A stretch of DNA of 64,000 bases from contig DF237116.1 in the NCBI GenBank assembly GCA_000708835.1, positions 99,117 through 163,116 of the forward strand. The letters run 5' to 3'. Of this stretch, positions 23,101-32,800 are shown one piece after another. Every line of letters begins with the position of its first letter. Within the stretch, counting starts at the first letter, position 1. The notes beneath the pieces were generated by a model. It did no database searches. It saw only the letters and a program-made list of their open reading frames with translations, and was not told the origin of the DNA. A program made the translations under genes and the position numbers. Source of the DNA: Klebsormidium nitens. Taxonomy: Eukaryota; Plantae; Klebsormidiophyceae.

Positions 23101-26100
23101 GACTGTTTTGAAGCCGCAAACGGGAGGGTTTGTAGTTAACGAAGGCGCACGGAAAAACGTACCGAGCTGGGGTCCGGGGCGGCTTCTGCTGAAAATGGCG
23201 GACGAGGCAACGGAAGAGTCTCCGGCGGAAACTCCCAGGACGGAGCGTGTGAATAAGCCCAACAGGACGGATGGTGTGAATAGGCACCTCAAAGCCCCCG
23301 GTAGTCTAGCACGCGGGGAAGAACCGAAGCAAGCACCGCAAGCGAAACGGGGGGTCTTGCCGGAGCTGAGAAAGAGCGGCGCGCGGAGCCCATTGGAAAG
23401 CAGCAAGGCTCAGGGTGACGTCAGTACGACGTTAGGTCACCGTTCGAAGCAACCCCCGGGTCAACCCCTCTCCCCGAAGCCGCTGCCCGGTGCTTTGTCG
23501 CCCAAACCGGCCACGTGGCAGAAGGAAAGAACGGTGGGTGACGTCAGCGCGACGTCACCCGGCCTGGGCAGCTCCCTGGCGAAGCGAAACCTGCTCGACC
23601 CGGCGTCTCCTAACCACTCGGTTAATGATAACCCCGGCACTTTGGCTCCGTTAAAAGACTCACTCAGCCGCCCCGGTCAGAGCCCGGTGACGAAGAAGTT
23701 TGTTTTTGGGCGTACCATCATTGTCAAAAGTGATGACGTGGACGACCGCGGGTTTTGGGCGAGCGGGGAAAGTAACGCGGCGTCCCCGGTGCATCCCCCT
23801 GGGTGGTGGGCGGAGCGGCGAAAGATTGAGATTGAGAAAATAAAGAAGGCCAGGGCAGAGAAGGTGGGCACGCCCGGTGCCGAAGCACGTGTCGATGCAC
23901 TGGTTGCTTCTTGGGCTGTTCGTACGACGCATTTGCTATCTGGGTTCTTTCCCCAAAGTGGCTTCACTTCTGAGGGTGATCACGCGTTCCCGTTCTCCAT
24001 ATAATTGAAGGTTGCAGTCAAAAACATTGTTTTCCAAAGCCTTCCGTCCGCTGCTTGGATTTTTTGTTCGGGAAGGCGATGCTGATGATGACCAAGCTAC
24101 GCCAATGGAAATGTGATATTCCAATGGAATATTGGGATTTTCCCCGCTAGAAATTGGATTATTGAGCAAGATATTTTCAAGAATCTGGAATATGGGGGTT
24201 GAAATTTTTTGAGATTTGAATATCCAGTTTTAACTAAACGGACTAGATAATTTTGCATTTTCAACGTTCATGTTCAATATTTTGCAGGAATATGGAATAT
24301 TTCAACGCCAGGAATTGGAAAATTGCCCAATTTGGAGCTAGGAATATGGAATATCGAAACCCATATATTCTCCGGGGCCGACCATCTACTTGTTGAATAG
24401 ATTGAAGGTTTCTGAGACACAGATCTCAATGAACAGCAGTGCTCGGTCAGGTCAAGTGAGTTGATAAGCACCTGATAAGCGACGGACTGAGGGGATTCTG
24501 TCCTCGAAACGTGGTCCAGAATGGTAGAATTTAGAGTTTCGCCTCAAAGAAAGTCTTCTTCCTTACGGGTTTGTCACCCTTCGTTTACAGGCTGCCCAAG
24601 AGCAAGAAGAGCACGACAAACAACTGGCAGAGGAGATCCGCCTCAAGGCGCTGCTCCGGCGGAAGCGGATGATGGAGCGCCGGAACCGCGATCCGGCGGA
24701 AGGCCACGAAGGCGACACGTCAGCGGACGGCGCCACGTCATCAAGGCGCGCGGGCCGGACACGCGCGCGCTTGAAGCCTCTCGAGAGCGGATCAGAGGCA
24801 CCGGGAAGGCGCCGGTCCAAAACGGAACGGAACCGGAACAGCCGGGAGCGGAAGAGCAGGGCGAAGAGAGATGAAGTGGATCAGGTGCTGGATGACATCA
24901 TTGGTGTCGTCAGCGCGGAGAGCGAGGTGGAGGAGCGCGGACTCCGGGCGAGGGCCAGAGCGGAACGGAAGCAATCGAGATTCGTACAAGCGCAGTCGAG
25001 CACGGAAGTGAGGGGCCGGGATAGAAGAACACCTCGTGAAGAGCGGAACGGGGGGAGCGGAACGGAAAGAGACGAAATGAAACGGAAGGAAGATAGAAGT
25101 CGCAGAGAAAGGTCGCGAGCAGTGGAATCACCGGCCAGCAGACACAAAGACACGTCATCATCTCCTAGAAGAGGAAGGGAAGACTCGTCAGCTTCGCCGG
25201 ATCGACACCGGAAAGGACCGGTAGACTCCCCCGGCCGCGGGGCAGACCGTAACCGTAACCCTAACCCTAACCATACCCACAATCTGCCTAACCTAACCAG
25301 CCCGGGCTCCGTTCCCCGGTTCATGTCCCCGCTCGGCAAACCGCCAAACCCCCCAAACCCCGGTTCCGCGGCCGCGTCGCCAAAGCCGAGGCCGCCCAAG
25401 CCGCAAAATCACCAGGGGGGTACACCGACGGCGACCAAGCTGGCGGAAAAGGCTCTGCGTTTGCCCCGGTTGGTCGCCCCCTCGGGCACTTCTACGCCCC
25501 GGTCTATGGGCGGCGGGTCGGAGGCCGGGACGGCAACGCCGGGGGGTGGACCGCAGGCGGAGCATCCGGCGGCGAAGGCGTTGCGGGTAAGTCGGTTCTA
25601 ACATTCCAGTTTTCTCTGTCTCTCGCATCGGAATCCTAGGACAGTTTTCTTAACTTGATGCATGTACGTGCGCGTCTTCTTTGACGTTCAAGCAACAGCG
25701 TTGCGGGTAAGTCGCAGTCGAAGCTGCAGAGCTCTTTTTTCGTATCGTAGATTTTAAAACAGTGTACTTGATCTGACTCGTTGTACATGCGTTTCTTCGG
25801 TGCGTTTGAAAGGAGAGTGTAAGGAGAAATCACAGATTTTGGGTCGCTTCTTGACCGACAGACTGAGGAATGTTGAGCTTGAAAGTGCGAGGTTGCCAGG
25901 GTTTGCGGTCCGCTCTCCGGCCGAATCTTGGAGATTCGCCCAGCGTATGAAGCGGACGCAAAGAGTACGTAATCAAAGAAAATCCTCTCGCAAGCAGGCC
26001 GTTGCAAATCGAACGTAGCCAGATCTGAGAGCGCATCCCTGAACCCACAATTTTGCTGTTGCAGATCCGCCGCGAGAAGCAGCGCCTTGCGGAGGAAGCC

Positions 26101-27959
26101 GCCAAGAAGCAAGCGGAAGAGGAGGAGCGGCAGCGGCGGAAGCGGTTCGAGGCGCACGCGGTCCGATTACGGGACGAAGCGAAGCGGTACCAGGAGCAAA
26201 AGGCGGCGCGCGAGAAGGCGAAGCTGGACGCGGAACGCAAGGCACGTGTCTTTTCGACCATTTTATTTCTGCTCGAAACCAGAATACCCTATGGGTTAAC
26301 CCTGTAGAAGAATTCGAGGAGATGTGTCTCATCCTACTTTTCCCAGCTACCAATGGGGACGAAAAGGTCATGCACGAAATGGCGAAGCCGGACGCTGAAC
26401 GCAAGGCACGTCGCTTGTTTTCGAAAGGATCTGCTGTTTGGATAGTCGCAATCAAAAATCTGTGACCGAGGTACGTTCCAAGTCGCCCCCTCTTGAAGAC
26501 GAGTAGCGAGCAAGGACTTTCTGGAGTGCGTCTGGGACAAGACTGACACTACACATCCCTTCCGCGTGGCTTAGTGTGCCGGCCTTGAAGACAAGGGAAA
26601 GCGATTTACCTTTGAATTTCGCAGTTCCTTTGCCGTGAACATGGGCCGAAGTACAAGTTACTAGAATCACTTGTTTTTGCAGTGTTTAAATCCATTTCCA
26701 TTTGAATCCTCTCGAGCTCGAATGCCCACACGTTCTTAGTCAAGCGCCGTCGTTAGGAACACCGTCTCAAACACAAAATGTTGTTGAGAACGAGCAGAAG
26801 ATCCCACGAGAACGAGGGCTGAATCAAGCGCCCTCCTAAGGATATGCAATCCTCTGATATGACAAGTCACTGAAGCAGATCCTTGCTTGATCCGCAGGCC
26901 CGAGAGGACAAGGTCCGGCAGGAGAAGGAGGCGACGGAACGCGAGCGGAAGCGGAGGGAGGCGGAAAAGGACAAAGTGCGCGCGTTCCGGGACGCGGAGC
27001 GCGAGAAGGAGGCGCGCAGGAAAGAAGAGGAGGCGCGAAAGGTGCGAGAACTGATGCTAGGAGAGTCGCATGAAACAACTTTCTGGCAGATTCTGTTACT
27101 GACGACAGAAGGTCTTGTGGTCTTTCTGGCTGGATGACGGCTGTCAATCCGAGAAAAGCTGCCTCCATGGTTGGAAACCCGTCAATCTGTGTGGTTGGAT
27201 GAAAGCTGGCAATTGCAATACTTTCTTTTATCGAGTCCGTTGTGACGTGGAGCGGTCAAGTTTCTTCTGGAGGGATGCGTATGGAGTCGAATGATAGGTC
27301 AATCCCTTAGTACTAAAGAGTGGTTTCGTCATTCCCAATGGGAAGGCCTGTGTCTCAGGGGAACCAGGTCCCTTTCAAAACTACTTGGGAAAATGCAATG
27401 TGTAACAAGCGTATATGCTAGGACCAGAGTCTTGGGGGGCCTACGCGCCAGGAACGAGTCGCCTCAATCAAGAGGGGCACACAACATGCTACGGACTGGC
27501 ATCCTTGCCTCCCCTGTTACCATCCTTCCTTATGCAGCCGCTTTAAATAGAGACAGATGGGAGATACCTGAGAATTGTATGCCGAAGCAAGGGCCGCCTG
27601 AAAAGCACCCCTCTCTATGTTCGATACATTACCCACGTTTTCTTGCAGCCTTTGACGATTATCTGAACTTCCTCTTCCCGCAGCTTCACGAGGAAGAACA
27701 CAAGCGGAAGGAAGCCCTAAAGAAGTACTTGGAAAAGCGAGGGACTCTTGGGAAGGACTCGTCCATGGCCGGGACACGGTCGCCGAGCATGGCGTCTCAA
27801 AAACCGGGCGGATATTCGCCTTTTAACACCGTAGGGCGGGAACGGGACGAGAGGGGTCCGAGAGCGAAGTGGGAACGGCTACCCCCACGGCGAGTGTCAG
27901 GGACGGGAAAGGCGGTGGATGATACGCTGAGCCGTCTTATAAATGATATACTGTACTGA
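17128..27959 (+). CDS. Unknown ~1600-aa protein: N-terminal calponin-homology-like domain, helical (ARM/HEAT-like) middle, low-complexity region and E/R/K-rich coiled-coil C-terminus
   Basis: Phase-consistent exons: 17128-18703, 19109-19185, 20212-20373, 21570-21760, 22241-22444, 22864-23863, 24591-25586, 26065-26241 (GC donor proposed), 26898-27041, 27684-27959 (TGA). They total 4803 nt = 1601 codons. The motif KLFNWNKLSPALAALGVPLDSETKSLILAGDVDAVGDIL resembles CH_2/Spef1-type CH domains (inference from recalled family pattern). Confidence 0.8.
19340..20270 (+). repeat. Array of acceptor + exon-start echoes of exon 20212
   Basis: CAG|GT at 19473 (VEKVFIWC..), 19657 (VEKDDDWCRFPLSILKRPS*), 19840 (very degenerate), 20026 (VETDENLCCLPISRLKRAF..*) and the real 20212 (VEKDEDRCRLAISTLKRAC). 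A further faint copy lies near 19343. Confidence 0.92.
20790..21660 (+). repeat. Five acceptor + exon-start echoes of exon 21570
   Basis: AG|GC(C/A) at 20802, 20900, 21092, 21241, 21399 and the real 21570. They encode variants of ALLFSFFEHFSRPDLHASVVSNLSHVL with indels or stops. Confidence 0.93.
24100..24375. repeat. AT-rich intronic island with repeated GAATAT motifs (possible MITE remnant)
   Basis: Palindrome ATATTCCA-A-TGGAATAT at 24116-24132, two copies of AGGAATATGGAATAT (~24287 and ~24340) and further GAATAT copies. No terminal inverted repeats found. Confidence 0.5.
25578..25714 (+). repeat. Donor-side echo of exon ending 25586
   Basis: GCGTTGCGG|GTAAGTCG is present at 25586|25587 and again at 25706|25707 (120 nt). 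Confidence 0.8.
26218..26425 (+). repeat. Donor-side echo of exon ending 26241
   Basis: GGCGAAGCTGGACGCGGAACGCAAG|GCACGT versus GGCGAAGCCGGACGCTGAACGCAAG|GCACGT, 164 nt downstream. Confidence 0.9.
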
Positions 27960-28668
27960 TAGGCTATTGGAAAATGCTGTACGCAATCACATCCAGGAAG
28001 TGAGCATTGAAAGCGACTCTATAAGTCTCTTACTGGAAAAGGACACAAGTGCTGCACATTTCGTGGCGCGTATGATGAACAGAAAGCGAGATATAGATAC
28101 GGATGAACGGAGAAGGACCTCGCATGGGTCCTCTGTGCATAAAAGAAAGACACTGGGATTGGTGGAAGCCGAATATACGTGGTCATGCAATATGGTTCTC
28201 CTGGCCGGCCCGTCGCACGTGCAGAGGACCTGCAGGGCCTCTTTTGGGGTCGGTCCACGGGCAAGGGCGACGGTGCGCTTATTACTGGAGTGCAAGTCAA
28301 TCGAGCGTGCACTGTCCTGTCGGATGAATGTCGAAGCAGTCTGTGGAAGAAACGCTTTCAGCAGGTCAGTGCAAGGACACACGCGGCCGCGCACACCTAC
28401 TATAAGCATTGCATGATCAGGCCGTGGATTGATCAGACTCCGCTTATAAGTTGCACCCGCAAATTGCACGATGTATTCCTCATTGCTAAAGAATATTTGG
28501 ACTCGGGACATTGAGTTGCCTCGATTGGTGATCGAGGACTTTGGGAGTCGAGCTCGCGTCGATCTGCTGCGATGTTAAAGAATTGTTGCGACCTTCAACC
28601 CCGTCGGGGCGTTAGGATATAAGACCGTGTTTTCGCGGCCAATTTTGGCATCCGGCACCTGGAGCTTT

Positions 28669-28740
28669 TGCAACTTGACCGAGTGGCAAGCGCGCTCGCC
28701 ATGAAATCAACAGGCCCTGGCTCGAATCCGGAAACTTTGA
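28669..28740 (+). pseudogene. tRNA-like relic (pseudo-tRNA or SINE head)
   Basis: A-box-like TGACCGAGTGG (28676-28686) and B-box-like GGCTCGAATCC (28719-28729) at tRNA spacing, with a GAA triplet in the anticodon position. Stems are imperfect and no intact cloverleaf forms. Confidence 0.45.
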
Positions 28741-29202
28741 CATTTTGCTCTCATTTGCCCCATCCTTTTTGTGCCCTTTTTACGCTGACGTAGGACGACG
28801 TCACTAGTAGAGAACCGCGGTATCCACTGGTACCATACCTCGGGACAGCCTCCGGTCCCTGCTCGGATGCCCAGCTTCGGTCGGTACCGCAGTGCGCTGG
28901 ACCTTGAAAGGTTTCGTACCGTGTCAAACAAATCAAGCCCGTAGCCGTCCGATGACAGTTCTCGAGTCCCAATCTCACCGTCCGCCCGAGGTGTCCATGC
29001 ATGGCCTACGCCCACTTTAAGGCGGCCCGGAGCCGGCCGGGTGGCATGCAGAGCATATCAGCAGGTCGGATACGTAAAAGAAGCCTGGGCTGTTCCTGCA
29101 GCTGCCCATCAGTTCTCCTGCATCAGTTCTCCTTAGTAAAGTTGCCGGCCGTCGGCCGACTGACACCTAGGCCCGATTATACACACGGCGCGTAGGTATG
29201 TG

Positions 29203-29524
29203 CCGTACGACCAAGGTATGATTCCGAATAAATAATTAATTATCTGCATTCGGAAAGTTGGATACTCCGGATAAGCATTCGGATTCTGCTTTTTCGGAAT
29301 CCGAATATAATTCCTAAATCTCATTCGGAAAGTGATTTCAAGGCCCTATGAGACCGCGGTACGTACCTTTTGCGGTTATAATGCTTTAGAACAGAGGTAC
29401 CGAGGTACCTCTCGGACGATTCCGATTTAGGGTCGGAAAGTGGAAAATAATACATGATTTGGGCTCGCATTTGCTAAAATGATTGCTTTTTTCGAGCATT
29501 CGGAATCATACCTTGGTCGTACGG
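29203..29524. mobile_element. MITE-like element with 27-bp TIRs
   Basis: CCGTACGACCAAGGTATGATTCCGAAT (29203-29229) and its exact reverse complement ATTCGGAATCATACCTTGGTCGTACGG (29498-29524). Flanks are TG and TA. The AT-rich interior has many TTCGGA/TCCGAA sub-repeats. Confidence 0.85.
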
Positions 29525-29640
29525 TACGTCGTATAGCATAAGTAGGCGGAGTCCGATATCCGGACCGTCGCGCGCCGCCGGCCCCGGCCGCACGCGGCTG
29601 GGACAAAGTGGCGGCGGGTTTCAGGGATTTACTTTCGGCT

Positions 29641-29650
29641 TTTAGGGTTT
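29641..29650. promoter_or_regulatory. Telo-box-like element (AAACCCTAAA on minus strand) in GC-rich 5' region of the HIBADH gene
   Basis: TTTAGGGTTT immediately upstream of ATGs at 29677 and 29846. Telo-boxes are known plant 5'-proximal elements; function here is not shown. Confidence 0.4.
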
Positions 29651-29845
29651 GTCGATTGGAGCGACAGCTCGTTAGCATGGAGCTGTGGAGGAGCTCAGCT
29701 GTTGCACACAGCTCGCAACGCAATTCAGGGCGCCAGAGCTGCTTCAGGGCCTCTTCAAGTTCAGGCAGACGACGATTTCGCAGCAGTCTCCTACGAGCCT
29801 GAGAATCCTGCAAGGAAGGTTGGAGCAATCTTGGCAGCGAGCAGG

Positions 29846-32800
29846 ATGCTTCGCTCAGCTTGTAGTTTACTGCGCGGAGTTGTGTTGCGAGCGCAGCTCA
29901 ATGAAGAGAAGGTGGGATGGGGTTGGGCTGTAGGGGGCAATTGTGGCGATCTGACCGAGTTTGGCAGGGAGTTGGACCAACCTGCTATCGGAAAAAGGGC
30001 AGAAAGTAGGCATCTGCATGGGGTTGCATGGGTTTCTGGAAGCATGGGGGCTGGAGCACGCGGAGTTGATAGGAGGAGGAACTTTGGTAGCTCAACGGAA
30101 GCGGGTGGAGATGCAGATGGGGTGAAAGAAGGTGGCAGCACAACTCTGAAGGTGAGGCGTCCATCCGTAATTGGTTACATCATCGTATTGGCAGTTGAAG
30201 CCCGTTTAATACTTTTGAAAGGCATGCACAAGCTTGGAGACTAAGTGAACCTACCGGTCATGCTCAATGTATCCCGCCTGTTGCGGAGTCGCGTAATTCA
30301 GACTTGTGCTTTCAGGGATCAGCGTGGTTGCAGCCTTTCACGTGATTGTGTTTAGTTGCCATCTACAGCAAATTCAGAACATATCCTCAGAATCTATCGG
30401 CCAATCATTCTTTACAACCAATCAGCATACCACCGTGCATTCTCTTTTCTTTTCTCCTTTTCTCTTGTAAGGAGTCTGCCTGCAATCTACTTTTCAATAC
30501 TTGTGGCCTGAGACGTGTGTTGTCATACTGCTCTCACTATCTTGATTGAGATCTCCCAATCTTTTGCAATTTCAAAGCACACATTCAAACCTGTCTCAAG
30601 ACTTTGTTTTTGCTCTTTCAGCAAGCTTTCAAATTAGATAGCTTCCCTCCATCTCGATATCTTTTATGTGACTCCATATCTTCAATTGTGGTCGTTCGCT
30701 TTCCATGTGGAGTCCAAGGGCATTACAAAAGTCACATCCTCCTTGAGACCATCTGAGATTGACCCTGTTAGATTAGAAATAGATTGCTCTTGCAAAAGGG
30801 ATTTGCAGACACTCTGTGCTTCATAATGGTAGGAGGTTCCTTGTGTTTCACATGTTCAGGCACCCAAATAAGTTTCGTTTGGGTTCTGTAAGAGATGTGC
30901 CGCCTGTCTGAGGAGCTCGCCCGCCTTCTGCCTGCGCTTGTTTGAAGACTTTTCAGAAAAGCCATGCAACCATGAAATTGGGGCCAGTCCAGGAAGCCAG
31001 CTTTGAAGCCCGGCAGTTGGGTCACTTTTTGAGCCAGGGCTCATTCTTTCAATGAAATCTGGTACAAATTACTTGAATTAGGAAGGCGAACTGAGACCAG
31101 AAAAGGTTAGGGGCGCTCTCAGCTTATTGGCTTTCGCGTCAATGCCAGCCATCTGGTCAGCTCAGGTTAGGTGATGTGCCATGCTGTGCCAGTTTGAATT
31201 GAGGTTAAACTCTCGGTTCTCGGTTTTTAATCGGAATCCATTGAAACGGCAGGCCTGCTCACCCTTTCCGGTAGAAAATTTTCTCTTCGTGACTTTTTTT
31301 GCTGTCTACTAGTCCTGGGAAAGGAGCTGCCTAAAACACCTTTCCCACCACTTACCACGAAGATTGGCATGTCCTTCCACGGGGGTGTCGTCTGATTTTT
31401 ATATTTGTGCTGTGAGTGTGGAGCGTATACGATCAACATCAAACTTGCTTGAGGGGTTTTTGGGTAGGAACTTGCAGTCTGGCAGCTTCGTGATTTATGA
31501 CGGCTCCCAACTGAGGCCCATCTACAACGTTGACTCTGTGCATGACCTTGTGTGACCATCAATATTTGCGTGCTCCAGGCTTTCATCCCTACGTCGTATT
31601 TGAAGGGCCAGGATGGTTCTCTCCCCTTGGCAGCAGTGTCATTTTTTTCCGCCAGTTCTGTCTGAGGCCCGATTTTATTTACACCTTTGGCTCCTCTGTT
31701 GCAAGTCAATGCTGCCGGACTTGACCATCCTGTTTCAAATATGCCCATCCGTTCCCACAAGTCTGCCATCTAATCTGTCCTTTTGCTCTGCGCTGCCGAC
31801 CTAAGTTGGACTCGCCGTGCTAGTCTCGAGAGGGCCAAGGACGAACTGTGTCTTGGCAGCTTCGCCAGGCCGCATCCATTCTCATTTCGGAGGCCTTTCC
31901 CTACCTCAACATTTTTTTCTGCCAACCTGGTCACTTAGTTCAGTTGTTAATCCATTTTTGCGAATTGTCAGCTTCAGATGCGTGTCAACATGCACGTCTG
32001 CCAACGATTCAGTTGTCCTCCATGGTTGAAGCCATTCGGGCCAAACGCGGGCTCCACCGGCCCTTAAAGCAAATGCATGTTGCTGAAGAGCGGCAGCCCA
32101 ATCTCGCTCAAAAATCTCAGAGGTTCCACACATGCATTAGCACCGAACTGTCGCTCCTCAACATGTTTCCTATTTTTTGGAGAACGACTGTCGAGGCAAA
32201 AGCGCTGCCAAGGAAAAAGTTCTTTTCCGTCACTTCGTAAACGCAGGGGATGGGAACGTCCTCTAAAAGGTACATTGCTTGTGAAGTCTAATGCACGTAT
32301 GCTTGAGAATCAAGTTTGCCAGTAGGGGGCTTGGGCAAGGAGAAATTGCAGTCTGGCGGCTTCCGTCAGTCCTCCGCGTCCTCGGCGCGTTTTGAAGGCC
32401 TATTGTAACACTGGCTTAGCGCACTTCATTGTTGGACCGGCTCAATGTTCTGCGTGGTTTAGGCTTTTGTTTCTACGTTTCTTTGAGTGGGCCAGGACGC
32501 AACTCCCCTTGACATCCTTGTCAAGGCACCGGGGATCGAAATCGGAGGCCCGAACTGAAACGCTAATCCGCTCGAAAGTTAGAAAGTCTAGTTCGTTCGC
32601 AATCAACCCTCCATTCTCAGTCTGCTGATCTGTCCTCTCGGATCGCTCGTCGTTTCTTTCGCTGCTCCATTTTGCCGACCTTGTTGACCTTTTTCTATGG
32701 TTCGTCAAAAAGGGCGAGGACGGACTGTGCGGTGACAGCTCTGCCAAAAAGCCTTGGGTTCTGCGGAGGCCCTTTGATACTTAAAACCTATTGACTTTGC

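Noticed and set aside
25247-25300. AACCCTAACCCTAACC telomere-like run
   Set aside because: It lies inside a long open exon encoding RNRNPNPNH, has only about two perfect units, and is explained by the codons.
15256-25399. Long antisense or alternate-frame ORFs (15256-15795, 17106-17726, 17820-18359, 24881-25399)
   Set aside because: They overlap real GC-rich exons and are shadow ORFs with no independent motifs.
29912-30244. ORF 29702-30244 as a 180-aa protein
   Set aside because: It starts at TTG and reads through a good donor (AAG|GTGGGA at 29911) into probable intron sequence.
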